From NCBI RefSeq assembly GCF_947495925.1, contig NZ_CANMAU010000001.1, forward strand, positions 537,523-601,522: DNA of 64,000 nt, given 5' to 3'. Below the pieces are notes generated by a model. It was not told the origin of the DNA, did no database searches, and saw nothing but the letters and a program-made list of their open reading frames with translations. The DNA is from an uncultured Algibacter sp. (GTDB lineage Bacteria; Bacteroidota; Bacteroidia; Flavobacteriales; Flavobacteriaceae). Positions 48,072-58,267 of this stretch are shown here, piece by piece. Both the position numbers and the translations under genes were made by a program. Numbering within the stretch: position 1 is the stretch's first letter; every line of letters begins with the position of its first letter.

Positions 48072-50354
48072 ATGAAATCAAATACTACCATAGCGCTTTT
48101 TATTCTTGGAATAATTCATGTTTCTATAATTGGATGCCAATCAGACCTAAAAATGACACCCAACGAACATAATAATGCTGTTGAAACCAAATTAGATTCT
48201 TTGTTAGCTCTCATGACACTAGAGGAAAAAGTTGGTCAAATGAATCAATACAACGGGTTTTGGGAAGTTACGGGACCTGCTCCTAAAGATGGGGCTGCTG
48301 CTAAAAAGTATGAGCATTTACGGAAAGGGTTGGTTGGTTCCATGCTTAATGTGAAAGGCGTTAAAAATGTTGTTGAAGTTCAAAAAATTGCTGTTGAAGA
48401 AACACGATTAGGTATACCCCTAATAATAGGATTTGATGTGATACATGGCTATAAAACTATGAGTCCGATTCCCTTGGCTGAATCTGCAAGTTGGGACTTA
48501 GAGGCTATGAAAAAATCTGCAGCAGTTGCTGCCGATGAAGCAGCTGCTTCTGGCATCAATTGGACATTTGCTCCTATGGTTGATATTTCAAGAGATGCAC
48601 GCTGGGGAAGAGTTATGGAAGGTGCTGGAGAAGATCCCTTTTTAGGAGCTAAAATTGCAGAAGCCAGAATAAGAGGTTTTCAAGGTGAAGATTTATCAAC
48701 CAACAGTACTATAGCCGCCTGTGCGAAGCATTTTGCAGCTTATGGTTTTGCTCAAGCAGGGCGTGATTACAACACCGTAGACATTGGTACTTCCACGTTA
48801 TTCAATCAAGTATTCCCTCCTTTTAAAGCTGCCTCAAAAGCAAAAGTAAAAACGTTTATGAACGCATTTAATATTCTAAATGGTATTCCGGCTACCGGAA
48901 ATTCGTTCTTACAGCGAGATATTTTAAAAGGTGAATGGGGCTTTGAAGGTTTCGTAATATCTGATTGGGGTTCACTCAAGGAAATGATACCTCATGGTTA
49001 TGCTAAGGATTTGACTCAAGTTGCAGAAATTGCAGTTAATGCCGGCTCAGATATGGATATGGAATCTTATGCCTATGTTGAAGAGTTGGTTAAACTTGTT
49101 AATGATGGTGTAGTTAAAGAATCACTAGTTGACGATGCGGTAAAACGTATACTTAAAGTAAAATTTGAGTTAGGCTTATTTGATGATCCTTACAAATATT
49201 GCTCAATAGAAAGAGAAAAAACTATTGGAAGACCAGAGCTGCAAGAAGCGGTTTTAGATGTGGCCAAAAAATCAATTGTGCTATTAAAAAACGAAAACCA
49301 ACTACTTCCTCTTAAAAAAAATGGACTTACAATAGGTTTAATTGGTAGTTTGGCAGGAGATAAAGATAGTCCGCTTGGTAGTTGGCGTGCTGCGGCTGAA
49401 AGTAATTCAGCTGTTTCTGTTTTAGAAGGATTACAGAAGTATTCAGGTAACACCATACACTACGATAAAGGCGTTGATGTACTCACACAAAACCCTGGTT
49501 TCTTGATGGAAGCTGAGGTTAGTTATGACAAAAGTGGTTTTAAATCAGCGATTGCAACGGCAAAAAAATCGGACGTAGTTATTATGGTGTTGGGTGAACA
49601 TGGTTTTCAAAGTGGTGAAGGTAGAAGTAGAACTCAAATTGGATTACCAGGAGTACAACAAGAATTATTGGAAGAGATTTATAAAGTCAATAAAAACCTA
49701 ATTCTAATTTTAAATAACGGTAGGCCATTAGCTATTCCATGGGCCGCAGAAAATATACCTTCTATAGTAGAGGCATGGCATTTAGGTACTCAGAGCGGAA
49801 ATGCCATTGCAGAAGTGCTGTATGGTGATTATAATCCGAGTGGAAAATTAACCATGTCATTCCCAAGATCTGTAGGTCAGGTGCCTATTATGTATAACAG
49901 ATATAACACAGGAAGACCCATTAATGCCGAAGCTAATGTGTTTTGGTCTCATTATTCTGATGAATTAAACGAACCTCTTTTTCCTTTTGGTCATGGTTTA
50001 AGTTATTCAACGTTTAAATATGAAAACTTGATTGTAAACTCTAACTCCAAGAATGAAATAACGGTATCTGTTGATATTACAAATACAAGTAAAATTGAAG
50101 GTAAGGAAGTTGTACAAGTTTATATTCATGATTTGGTAGCTAGTGTGGCACGACCTATTAAGGAGTTAAAAGGATTTGAATTAATTAAATTGAAGGCAGG
50201 CGAAACTAAAACTGTTTCATTCGTTTTGAGCAAAGAAGAATTAGGATTTTACAACAATATTGGAAAATGGGTAGTGGAATCTGGAGATTTTAAAATATTT
50301 GTCGGGGGGAGCTCAGAAACTCGCTTGGAAACTCACTTTACATATACTAATTAA
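48072..50354 (+). CDS. bglX: GH3 beta-glucosidase (BglX-type), predicted lipoprotein
   Basis: It has a lipobox SIIGC, the CAKHFAAYG block, the nucleophile block GFVISDWGS, and a C-terminal FnIII-like domain. Confidence 0.9.
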   Translation: MKSNTTIALFILGIIHVSIIGCQSDLKMTPNEHNNAVETKLDSLLALMTLEEKVGQMNQYNGFWEVTGPAPKDGAAAKKYEHLRKGLVGSMLNVKGVKNVVEVQKIAVEETRLGIPLIIGFDVIHGYKTMSPIPLAESASWDLEAMKKSAAVAADEAAASGINWTFAPMVDISRDARWGRVMEGAGEDPFLGAKIAEARIRGFQGEDLSTNSTIAACAKHFAAYGFAQAGRDYNTVDIGTSTLFNQVFPPFKAASKAKVKTFMNAFNILNGIPATGNSFLQRDILKGEWGFEGFVISDWGSLKEMIPHGYAKDLTQVAEIAVNAGSDMDMESYAYVEELVKLVNDGVVKESLVDDAVKRILKVKFELGLFDDPYKYCSIEREKTIGRPELQEAVLDVAKKSIVLLKNENQLLPLKKNGLTIGLIGSLAGDKDSPLGSWRAAAESNSAVSVLEGLQKYSGNTIHYDKGVDVLTQNPGFLMEAEVSYDKSGFKSAIATAKKSDVVIMVLGEHGFQSGEGRSRTQIGLPGVQQELLEEIYKVNKNLILILNNGRPLAIPWAAENIPSIVEAWHLGTQSGNAIAEVLYGDYNPSGKLTMSFPRSVGQVPIMYNRYNTGRPINAEANVFWSHYSDELNEPLFPFGHGLSYSTFKYENLIVNSNSKNEITVSVDITNTSKIEGKEVVQVYIHDLVASVARPIKELKGFELIKLKAGETKTVSFVLSKEELGFYNNIGKWVVESGDFKIFVGGSSETRLETHFTYTN

Positions 50355-50401
50355 TGAAAAACTAATCAGGATAAGATTGAGTCAAAAAACTAAGTTTAGT
50401 A

Positions 50402-52594
50402 CTACTTAATATTTACTATTTTCTTTTTACTAATGTTATTGGATGCATTTCCGACATAAATATCGTATTTACCAGATTCAAAATTCCACGCCGATAATTC
50501 AGTGTCATAATATTTCAACTTAGAAATATCAATTGAAATCTTTACTGTTTTCGTTTTTCCTTTTTGAAGGAACACTTTGGTAAAACCTTTAAGTTCTTTT
50601 TTAGCTCTCTCAATTTTAGAATTTGGTTTCCCAATATAAACCTGAACCACTTCAGCGCCCTCTATTTTACCAACGTTCTTAACATCGCAGCTAATTTCAA
50701 TAACCTCGTCTCTCTGATAAGACTTTTTATTAATCCCTATATTTGATAACTCAAAGTTTGTATAGGAACCTCCATACCCAAAAGCAAATAGTGATTCTAT
50801 TTTTTTTGTTTCGTGCCATCTATATCCAACTAAAATATCATCTTTATAATACTGATTTACTCCATCTCCAGGGTACGACATCTCCCCAAAATAATGTGCA
50901 GAATTATCTTTTAGATGTTTAGGGAATGTAAACGGTAATTTCCCTGAAGGGTTTACTTCTCCCGTAATTACATCGGCAATAGCATTTCCTGCCACACTAC
51001 CTAAATACCAACATTGCATAAGCCCTTTTGTTTTAGACAGCCATGGCATATCAATAGCATTACCAGAAACTAAAATAATTCCTAAATTTTTATTTACTTC
51101 ATAAATATCATTTATAAGGATATCTTGATTAAATGGCAAACCAAACTCCTTTCTATCATCACCTTCACAATCTTGTGAATTACTTTTGTTTAATCCTCCA
51201 ATAAACAAAACTATATCTGCTTTTTGAGCTACATCAATAGCTTTGATTTTCAATGAATCTGCATTTAATTTCCCAGGTACAACTCTGCTATATTCAGAAG
51301 GTCCAGATTCATAACCCATTGTATGAAGTATAGCCGCATTTTTGAAACGCTTTTTAATACCATCTAAGGGAGATATTTCAAATTTAGGTTTTAATTCAGA
51401 TGAACCACCTCCCGCAGTCATTGATCTAGTAGCGTTTTCTCCAATAACTGCTATGGTAAGACTCCTATTATCCTGAATTGGGAAAAACTGCTCTTCGTTT
51501 TTCAATAAAACTATTCCTTCGGTAGCAACTTTATATGCAACCTCAATATGTTCTTGATTATTTACTCGTCCTAATGGTCTGCTAGAATTCATATTAGTGC
51601 GGAACATTAATCTTAAGATCCTTCTTGCTTTATCATTTACAATAGATTCCGGAATTTCCCCTTTTTTAAGTTTCTCTAAAAATGGATTTGCTAGATAATA
51701 ATAGTCGTAATGGTTTTCCTTATTTAGTCCTAGGCCATCTGTACCTGTTCCCATCTCAATATCTAAACCATATAAAGCAGACTCCATTGTTGAATGTGCA
51801 GCACTCCAATCACTAATTACTACTCCGTCAAAATTCCAATCATCCTTTAAAATTTTGTTATTAAGCAACTCATTATGCGTAGCATATTGACCTCTAACTT
51901 TATTATATGCACCCATTATAGACCAAACGCCTGCTTCTTGAACTGAAGCCCTAAAAGCTGGCAAATAAATCTCATGTAACGCTCTATCACTTAACTCGAC
52001 ATTTATAAGGGATCTCCAATGTTCTTGATTATTCAAAGCATAATGTTTAACACATGCTGCAACACCATTTTCCTGAACGCCTTTTATATAAGGTACTGCC
52101 ATAACTGAAGCTAAATAAGGATCTTCTCCCATATATTCAAAATTCCTTCCATTAAGTGGCGTTCTATAAATATTAACTCCAGGGCCAAGTAACACATCTT
52201 TTTCTCTGTATCTAGCTTCTTCTCCAAGACTAAAACCATATTGTCTTGCTAAATCAGGACTGAACGTTGAAGCCAGACAAGTAAGTGCTGGAAAAGCAGT
52301 AATAGAATCGTTCGTCCAACCAGCATGATTCCAAGAGTCCCAACTAATTTCGGCTCTTACACCATGTGGACCATCAGCCATCCATATTTCAGGTATACCT
52401 AACCTAGAAACACCTTTAGTGCTGAATTTTGATTGTGCATGGCATAAATCAACTTTTTCCTTTAAAGTAAGTTGACTTAAAATAGAATCGATTTTCTTCT
52501 CAATACTATCATTGCTCTTTTGAGCATTTATATGGATTGAAAACAATAAAAATGCACTTATATATAATTTAATGTACTGCTGCTTACTTTTCAT
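50402..52594 (-). CDS. GH3 beta-glycosidase, periplasmic
   Basis: It has an SPI-type signal (SIHINAQKS), the CVKHYALNNQE block, and the nucleophile block GVVISDWSA. Confidence 0.85.
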   Translation of the reverse strand: MKSKQQYIKLYISAFLLFSIHINAQKSNDSIEKKIDSILSQLTLKEKVDLCHAQSKFSTKGVSRLGIPEIWMADGPHGVRAEISWDSWNHAGWTNDSITAFPALTCLASTFSPDLARQYGFSLGEEARYREKDVLLGPGVNIYRTPLNGRNFEYMGEDPYLASVMAVPYIKGVQENGVAACVKHYALNNQEHWRSLINVELSDRALHEIYLPAFRASVQEAGVWSIMGAYNKVRGQYATHNELLNNKILKDDWNFDGVVISDWSAAHSTMESALYGLDIEMGTGTDGLGLNKENHYDYYYLANPFLEKLKKGEIPESIVNDKARRILRLMFRTNMNSSRPLGRVNNQEHIEVAYKVATEGIVLLKNEEQFFPIQDNRSLTIAVIGENATRSMTAGGGSSELKPKFEISPLDGIKKRFKNAAILHTMGYESGPSEYSRVVPGKLNADSLKIKAIDVAQKADIVLFIGGLNKSNSQDCEGDDRKEFGLPFNQDILINDIYEVNKNLGIILVSGNAIDMPWLSKTKGLMQCWYLGSVAGNAIADVITGEVNPSGKLPFTFPKHLKDNSAHYFGEMSYPGDGVNQYYKDDILVGYRWHETKKIESLFAFGYGGSYTNFELSNIGINKKSYQRDEVIEISCDVKNVGKIEGAEVVQVYIGKPNSKIERAKKELKGFTKVFLQKGKTKTVKISIDISKLKYYDTELSAWNFESGKYDIYVGNASNNISKKKIVNIK

Positions 52595-52618
52595 GTTTTT
52601 ATAATAACAACTTATAAA

Positions 52619-55054
52619 CTAACCCATTATAACCTTAACATGGTGTTCCTCACCTTTTTCTAATAATGGAATAATATGACCAGATATCTTATTCCCATTT
52701 ACTGTAATTTCTTTAACACCTTTACTTGTATGATCTGGATTGCAAACTTCTATATGGTAGATAGCTCCTCTAAATGTTCTTTTCATTTTAAAACCATCCC
52801 ATTTTTTGGGAATACAAGGATTAATCAATAAACCATCATAATCTGGTTTAATCCCTAAAATATACTGGGTTATGGCATAAAAATTCCAAGAAGCAGTACC
52901 TGACAACCAAGAATTTTTCGCTTCTCCTGGCATATGAGCTTCTTTACCAGCAATCATTTGACAATATACATAGGGTTCTACGCGATGTAATTCAGAAATA
53001 TCTTCTAAAAAACTGGGCGCGATTTTAGTATAATAATCATAGGCAGCATCACCTCTTCCAATCATAGTTTCTCCAATCATAATCCATGGATTATTATGAC
53101 AAAATATCCCTCCGTTTTCTTTATATCCTGCAGGATAAGTTGAAATTTCGCCATATTCAATATAATATTTGGTAAAAGCAGGACTATTTAAAACGATACC
53201 ATAATCACAATCTAAATGTTCTTTTACGGAATCCAAAGCATTTTCTACCATACCTTCTTCTTTCCCGATTTCTGCCATGGAACACCACCCCTGCGACTCA
53301 ATGAATATTTTCCCTTCTTCATTTTCATTTGATCCAACTTTATTACCATAATAATCATAGGCTCTAAGATACCAATCGCCATCCCATCCATGATTTTTTA
53401 CAGCCTCAATCATGTTATCAACATGAATTTGTGCCTCATTCGCTTCCGTTTCATTTCCTATGCGCTTGCATAGTTTAATAAATTCCTTCCCGTAGGTTAC
53501 AAATAATCCAGCAATCATTAATGATTCTGCTTGACCATCTTTTTTATTACCTGTGGTTTGAAAAGAGTCGTTAGGATTTGTAGAAAAACAATTTAGATTT
53601 AAGCAATCATTCCAATCTGCTCTTCCTATTAGCGGTAATTCACGTGGTCCTAAATTATTTACAACATGATAAAATGATGCTTTAAGGTGTTCGAAATGTG
53701 TTTTCGCTCTAGAGGCATCATTATCAAAAGGAACCATTTCATCTAAAAGTGAAAAATCTCCTGTTTCTTTTATATATTCTGAAGTAGATAAAATTAACCA
53801 TAGTGGATCATCATTAAAATCTCCACCAATGGCGGCGTTACCTTTTTTAGTAAGCGGTTGGTATTGATGATAACAAGAGCCATCTTCAAACTGTGTTGAA
53901 GCTATGTCAACAATGCGTTCTCTGGCGCGTTCTGGGATTTGATGCACAAAACCAATTAAGTCTTGATTAGAATCTCTAAAGCCCATACCTCTTCCAATTC
54001 CAGATTCAAAGAACGAAGCTGACCTTGACATATTAAAGGTTACCATACACTGGTATTGATTCCAGATATTAACCATTCTATCAAGCTTTTCCTCTCCAGA
54101 GTCAATTGAAATTTTTCCTAATAAATTATCCCAATACACGCTTAACTCTTCTAATGCAGCATCGACTTTCTTAACCGTATTATACTTTTCAATCATTTGC
54201 TTAGCAGGCAACTTGTTAATGACATGCTTACGCTCCCATTTATCATCTTTATCTACTTCAACGTAACCAAGCATGAATACATAATCACTTGATTCTCCTG
54301 GCTGCAATTCAATCTCTATATAATGAGATGCTATTGGAGACCAACCGTGAGCTATAGTGTTTTTAGGTTTACCCTCTTGAACAACATCTGGCGAATCAAA
54401 ACCATTATACAAGCCAACAAAAGATTCTCTATCTGTATCAAAACCATTAATTGCTTTATTCACTGAATAAAAAGCGTAATGATTTCGTCTTTCTTTAAAT
54501 TCTGTTTTGTGATAAATAACGGAATCTTCTACTTCTATCTCTCCAGTACTATAATTACGTTGAAAATTAGTCATATCATCCTCTGCATTCCACAAACACC
54601 ATTCTATAAAGGAGAATAATTTAATTTTCTTCACCTTAGAAGTTTTATTTTTTATGGATACTTTTTGAATTTCGCCCCAAAATCCCAACGGAATAAACTG
54701 TGTTATTTCTGTTTGAATTCCATTTTTAGAGCTCTTAAATTTTGTGTAGCTCATTCCATGTCTACATTCGTAAGAGTCTAATTCTGTTTTTACAGGTTTC
54801 CAACTGGGAGACCACACAGTATCTCCATCCTTAATATAAAAATACTTTCCACCATCATCTACCGGTACATTATTATACCTGTAACGCGTTAATCGTCTAA
54901 ACTTTGCATCCTTATAAAAAGTATATCCGCCGCCTGTGTTTGAAGTTAATGAAAAGAAATCTTCATTTCCTAAATAGTTAATCCATGGGTAAGGTGTTTT
55001 TGGGTGTTCAATAACATATTCCCTATTTTCATCGTCAAAATGTCCGTATTTCAT
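52619..55054 (-). CDS. GH94 disaccharide/oligosaccharide phosphorylase (cellobiose-phosphorylase-like), cytoplasmic
   Basis: The N-terminus [29 protein letters not shown] is typical of GH94. It has the catalytic loop [12 protein letters not shown] and no signal peptide. The track start at 55081 is TTG; I prefer the ATG at 55054. Confidence 0.85.
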   Translation of the reverse strand: MKYGHFDDENREYVIEHPKTPYPWINYLGNEDFFSLTSNTGGGYTFYKDAKFRRLTRYRYNNVPVDDGGKYFYIKDGDTVWSPSWKPVKTELDSYECRHGMSYTKFKSSKNGIQTEITQFIPLGFWGEIQKVSIKNKTSKVKKIKLFSFIEWCLWNAEDDMTNFQRNYSTGEIEVEDSVIYHKTEFKERRNHYAFYSVNKAINGFDTDRESFVGLYNGFDSPDVVQEGKPKNTIAHGWSPIASHYIEIELQPGESSDYVFMLGYVEVDKDDKWERKHVINKLPAKQMIEKYNTVKKVDAALEELSVYWDNLLGKISIDSGEEKLDRMVNIWNQYQCMVTFNMSRSASFFESGIGRGMGFRDSNQDLIGFVHQIPERARERIVDIASTQFEDGSCYHQYQPLTKKGNAAIGGDFNDDPLWLILSTSEYIKETGDFSLLDEMVPFDNDASRAKTHFEHLKASFYHVVNNLGPRELPLIGRADWNDCLNLNCFSTNPNDSFQTTGNKKDGQAESLMIAGLFVTYGKEFIKLCKRIGNETEANEAQIHVDNMIEAVKNHGWDGDWYLRAYDYYGNKVGSNENEEGKIFIESQGWCSMAEIGKEEGMVENALDSVKEHLDCDYGIVLNSPAFTKYYIEYGEISTYPAGYKENGGIFCHNNPWIMIGETMIGRGDAAYDYYTKIAPSFLEDISELHRVEPYVYCQMIAGKEAHMPGEAKNSWLSGTASWNFYAITQYILGIKPDYDGLLINPCIPKKWDGFKMKRTFRGAIYHIEVCNPDHTSKGVKEITVNGNKISGHIIPLLEKGEEHHVKVIMG

Positions 55055-55081
55055 ATACAAATTCTTCTTTTTCTTAATCAA

Positions 55082-56689
55082 TTATTGTTCTAAGGTTCTT
55101 CTATTATTTAATTCTGAAGTAATTTCACTAAGTTTTTTTTGAGTTAAAGGGTAGAACATCATTAATCCTGCAGCTAATATTGCAACAATAGCTGGCACCC
55201 AGCTCATCAGCATTACTATACCTGGTACAGCGCCTTCAATAGTTGAAGCATCCTGTCCATTATATTGAAAGAACCCTAGAATTAATCCTATAATTGCACC
55301 TGCTATTCCTCCTCCAAATTTTGTTGCAAAAGATCCTGCTGAATAAATTAGACCCGTTGCTCTTCTGGTGTTTTTAAATTCTGAATAATCAGCGGTATCG
55401 CCAAGCATTACAAAAAACAAAGTTGGAAAGAATGCGGCACCAAATTCTGAAAGTACACCAATAATGAATATGGCACTAATATCTTCAGGACCACAAAAAG
55501 CAAAAAGTACATTAATGCCTCCTGAGAAAATTAAAGCATAAATAAACAGGTTTCGTTTTCCTATTCTATTGGCTAATGGCGCAGTCATCATAGCACCAGC
55601 AACGGATGCTAACATTAGACATACTAAAAATGTAGCTGCTAAAAGTTGATTATTTAAATAATGGGTGAAATATATAATTACTATGCCTTGCTTAATAGCG
55701 TTGTATACGTTGAATAATAGGCCCACTACCAATAAAACCACCCACGGTCGATTTCTTATTAAATCGAAAAAATCCCTTTTTAAATTATTTATCTGCGACT
55801 TTGGAGGTTTTACCCTTTCTTTAGTACTATAAAATGTTATAAACATTAACAAGGCTAGGAACACAGACATTAAATACATAGAATAGCTATATCCTTCCTT
55901 TTGGTCAATTATAGAAATATCTTTCTTTGTCAACCCCTTTTCCCCATGGACAATCAAAGCATACTTCTCGTTGGCCTTCATTGAAAAACTTTTTCCTTTA
56001 GTTGGTTGATTTTTACCAGAGCTTAAGCTTGAATCTTCCCAAGAAAATTGAGCAATGCCATTCTCCGTTTTAATATTAACATTCTCAACATTTTCTGAAA
56101 CAGAAACTTCAATTCTGTATGTCTCATCATCTATTTTGTTAACGTCAATCATCGGGTTGATGTTTCCAAAATAAGCTACTAAAAAAAGTAAGGCGCCTTG
56201 AACAAGCATACCTCCTGCAAAAGCCCCTACCATTCTATAAGAACCTAGAGTTGTTCGTTCCTTATCATCTCCAGTCATTACAGCCATTAAAGCACCATAA
56301 GGAATATTATTCGCCGTATAAATTAATGTAAATAGTATATAAGTTACATAAGCGTAAATTATCTTCCCTGTAGAATTTAAATCTGGGCTTGTAAATAATA
56401 ACGATAGAATAATTGCTAGGGGAATAGCTGTCCATAAAATCCAAGGTCTAAATTTTCCATATTTAGACTCTGTTCTATCTCCAATAATCCCTATAACAAC
56501 ATCACTAATACCATCACTAAACCTAGCTACTAAAAATAATACGCCAACTGTTACTGGACTTAATCCAAAAACATCAGTATAAAAAATGAATAAAAAAGTA
56601 GTAACACCTCTCCATGCAATATTTGCTGCTCCATCTCCTAAAGCATATCCCACTTTTTCTTTAAAAGCCAATTTGGTTTTTACCTGCAT
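55082..56689 (-). CDS. Glycoside-pentoside-hexuronide (GPH) family cation symporter with a large periplasmic insert
   Basis: It has the GPH signature GDRTESKYGKFRPW, 12 predicted TM helices, and a ~90-aa hydrophilic insert between TM5 and TM6. Confidence 0.85.
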   Translation of the reverse strand: MQVKTKLAFKEKVGYALGDGAANIAWRGVTTFLFIFYTDVFGLSPVTVGVLFLVARFSDGISDVVIGIIGDRTESKYGKFRPWILWTAIPLAIILSLLFTSPDLNSTGKIIYAYVTYILFTLIYTANNIPYGALMAVMTGDDKERTTLGSYRMVGAFAGGMLVQGALLFLVAYFGNINPMIDVNKIDDETYRIEVSVSENVENVNIKTENGIAQFSWEDSSLSSGKNQPTKGKSFSMKANEKYALIVHGEKGLTKKDISIIDQKEGYSYSMYLMSVFLALLMFITFYSTKERVKPPKSQINNLKRDFFDLIRNRPWVVLLVVGLLFNVYNAIKQGIVIIYFTHYLNNQLLAATFLVCLMLASVAGAMMTAPLANRIGKRNLFIYALIFSGGINVLFAFCGPEDISAIFIIGVLSEFGAAFFPTLFFVMLGDTADYSEFKNTRRATGLIYSAGSFATKFGGGIAGAIIGLILGFFQYNGQDASTIEGAVPGIVMLMSWVPAIVAILAAGLMMFYPLTQKKLSEITSELNNRRTLEQ

Positions 56690-56954
56690 AATTTGCTCAT
56701 TATTTCTCCCTAGTCAGATTATTTACTTATAACTAACCTTACTAATTCTATAATTTTATTGACTAGAATTTTAGTTAAAAAAGGCGGTCATATTGAATGA
56801 TGTGAAACTACCTGAAAAAGAAAAATACCAATACTACTAATGGGGCAATTTTTGAAACATTTGTTGCAATAACCCAAGTGATTTTCCTTTATTTGCAGGA
56901 CTTAACAAGATGTTTTGAATTTAACCAAACAAATACTGATGAGAAGAAATGACA

Positions 56955-56989
56955 TAAAAAAAGGATTAAATAATTATTTAATCCTTTTA
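56955..56989 (-). terminator. Terminator after the TM2-domain gene
   Basis: The stem aaaggattaaata / tatttaatccttt is followed by T7 on the minus strand. Confidence 0.7.
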
Positions 56990-57010
56990 ACTGTTAATCT
57001 AAAGTTTTTT

Positions 57011-57415
57011 CTAAAACCAAGGTTTTTTTCCAGCCTGATAGGTGTTGTAAAAATCGGCGTCAGATTTGGTTAGATAAATAATACCTTCTACAAAGCCAAC
57101 TACCCCAGGTATCCAAACAAACAAAATCCCGATACCTACACAAGAAAGTAAAATCCCAATAAGGGTTGCCCCTAAAAGTATTCCGCCTTCCTTATTATAT
57201 CCTAAAATAAATTTATGAATCCCTAAGCCTCCAAAAAGGATACCCAAAATACCCGCAAGTATTTTTTTATTATCCGTAGAGCCCAAAGTTTCTTTTGCAT
57301 TTTCGGCGAATTCAGAAGCTGTTTCTTTTGCTTCTTCAGCAAATTCTTTAGCTTTATCTTTAGCATCACCTAAAGCGTCATTTAGGTCATCTTTTAAGTT
57401 TTTATCATCAGACAT
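57011..57415 (-). CDS. TM2-domain membrane protein with a charged N-terminal repeat region
   Basis: It has a TM2 pattern (GGLGIHKFILGYNKEG) plus two TM helices. The N-terminus has an AKEFAEEAKETASEFAENAKET repeat. Confidence 0.65.
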   Translation of the reverse strand: MSDDKNLKDDLNDALGDAKDKAKEFAEEAKETASEFAENAKETLGSTDNKKILAGILGILFGGLGIHKFILGYNKEGGILLGATLIGILLSCVGIGILFVWIPGVVGFVEGIIYLTKSDADFYNTYQAGKKPWF

Positions 57416-57469
57416 TTTAAAATTGATTTTTGTTATTCTATAAAATTAATAAAAATCACCTCTAATTGT

Positions 57470-58234
57470 TTATCTAAACAGCATTATTATTCCTCCCAAA
57501 GCTGTAACAAAAAGAACAAAGCGCCTATAATTCACATTTGAAATAAATTTTACAATATAAACTCCAAGAAAAAATCCAACAATAACTATTGGGGTTAACG
57601 CTGAATTAAGAATCAAACTTTCTTTTGTCACCGTATTCCAAATGAAAACATGAAATGGTAATTTAAATACGTTAATGATGAAAAACAACCATGCTGCTGT
57701 TCCGATAAATTGATTTTTTGGAAAGCGCATGGCTAGGAAATAGATATTAGAAATTGGTCCCGCTAAGTTCCCAATCATGGTTGTAAACCCAGTTAAAAAA
57801 CCTGTTCCGCTAGAGAATAATGTATTGGCAGGAATTTTTTTTGAGTTTCTATTTTCAATATAAAACATAATACAAACCGATACGATTATAATAACCGCCA
57901 TGAGCCGTTTAAATAGGAACTCTGAAATATCATTGCCAACCCATACACCTACTAAAACACCTATCACCATCCATGGCATGAGTTTTTTTATATACTTCCA
58001 TTGGGCATGCTGGTTATAATAAATTACTGCTAAAATATCAGCACATATTAGCTGAGGCAGTAACACTCCTGTTGAAGCTTTTTCTCCAAAAACAAAAGCC
58101 ATAATTACAACAATAATGATGCCTATGCCCTTAATACCAGATTTCGATAAACCTAATAAAAAAACTGCTACACCAATTGAGATCCATTGTGCAGCAGTTA
58201 ATTGATAAGATTGTAATACCTCTAAATAAGTCAA
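57470..58234 (-). CDS. TauE/SafE-family anion exporter
   Basis: It is 254 aa with ~8 TM helices in two repeated halves and Gly-rich helices typical of the family. Confidence 0.75.
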   Translation of the reverse strand: MTYLEVLQSYQLTAAQWISIGVAVFLLGLSKSGIKGIGIIIVVIMAFVFGEKASTGVLLPQLICADILAVIYYNQHAQWKYIKKLMPWMVIGVLVGVWVGNDISEFLFKRLMAVIIIVSVCIMFYIENRNSKKIPANTLFSSGTGFLTGFTTMIGNLAGPISNIYFLAMRFPKNQFIGTAAWLFFIINVFKLPFHVFIWNTVTKESLILNSALTPIVIVGFFLGVYIVKFISNVNYRRFVLFVTALGGIIMLFR

Positions 58235-58267
58235 TTAGGAATGATTCTTAATTTTAAGATGACAAAT

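Noticed and set aside
50355-50401. The 47-bp gap between the two convergent GH3 genes was checked for a bidirectional terminator.
   Set aside because: Only a trivial 5-bp palindrome (actaa-gt-ttagt) is present, and there is no convincing stem-loop. How termination occurs here is unclear, but there is nothing to report as a feature.
55055-55081. The track extends GH94 nine codons upstream (TTG start, MIKKKKNLY), abutting the symporter stop.
   Set aside because: The start is a TTG. GH94 homologs begin at the MK(F/Y)G(H/Y)FDD motif, which here starts with the ATG at 55054. The extension is Lys-rich, low-complexity sequence.
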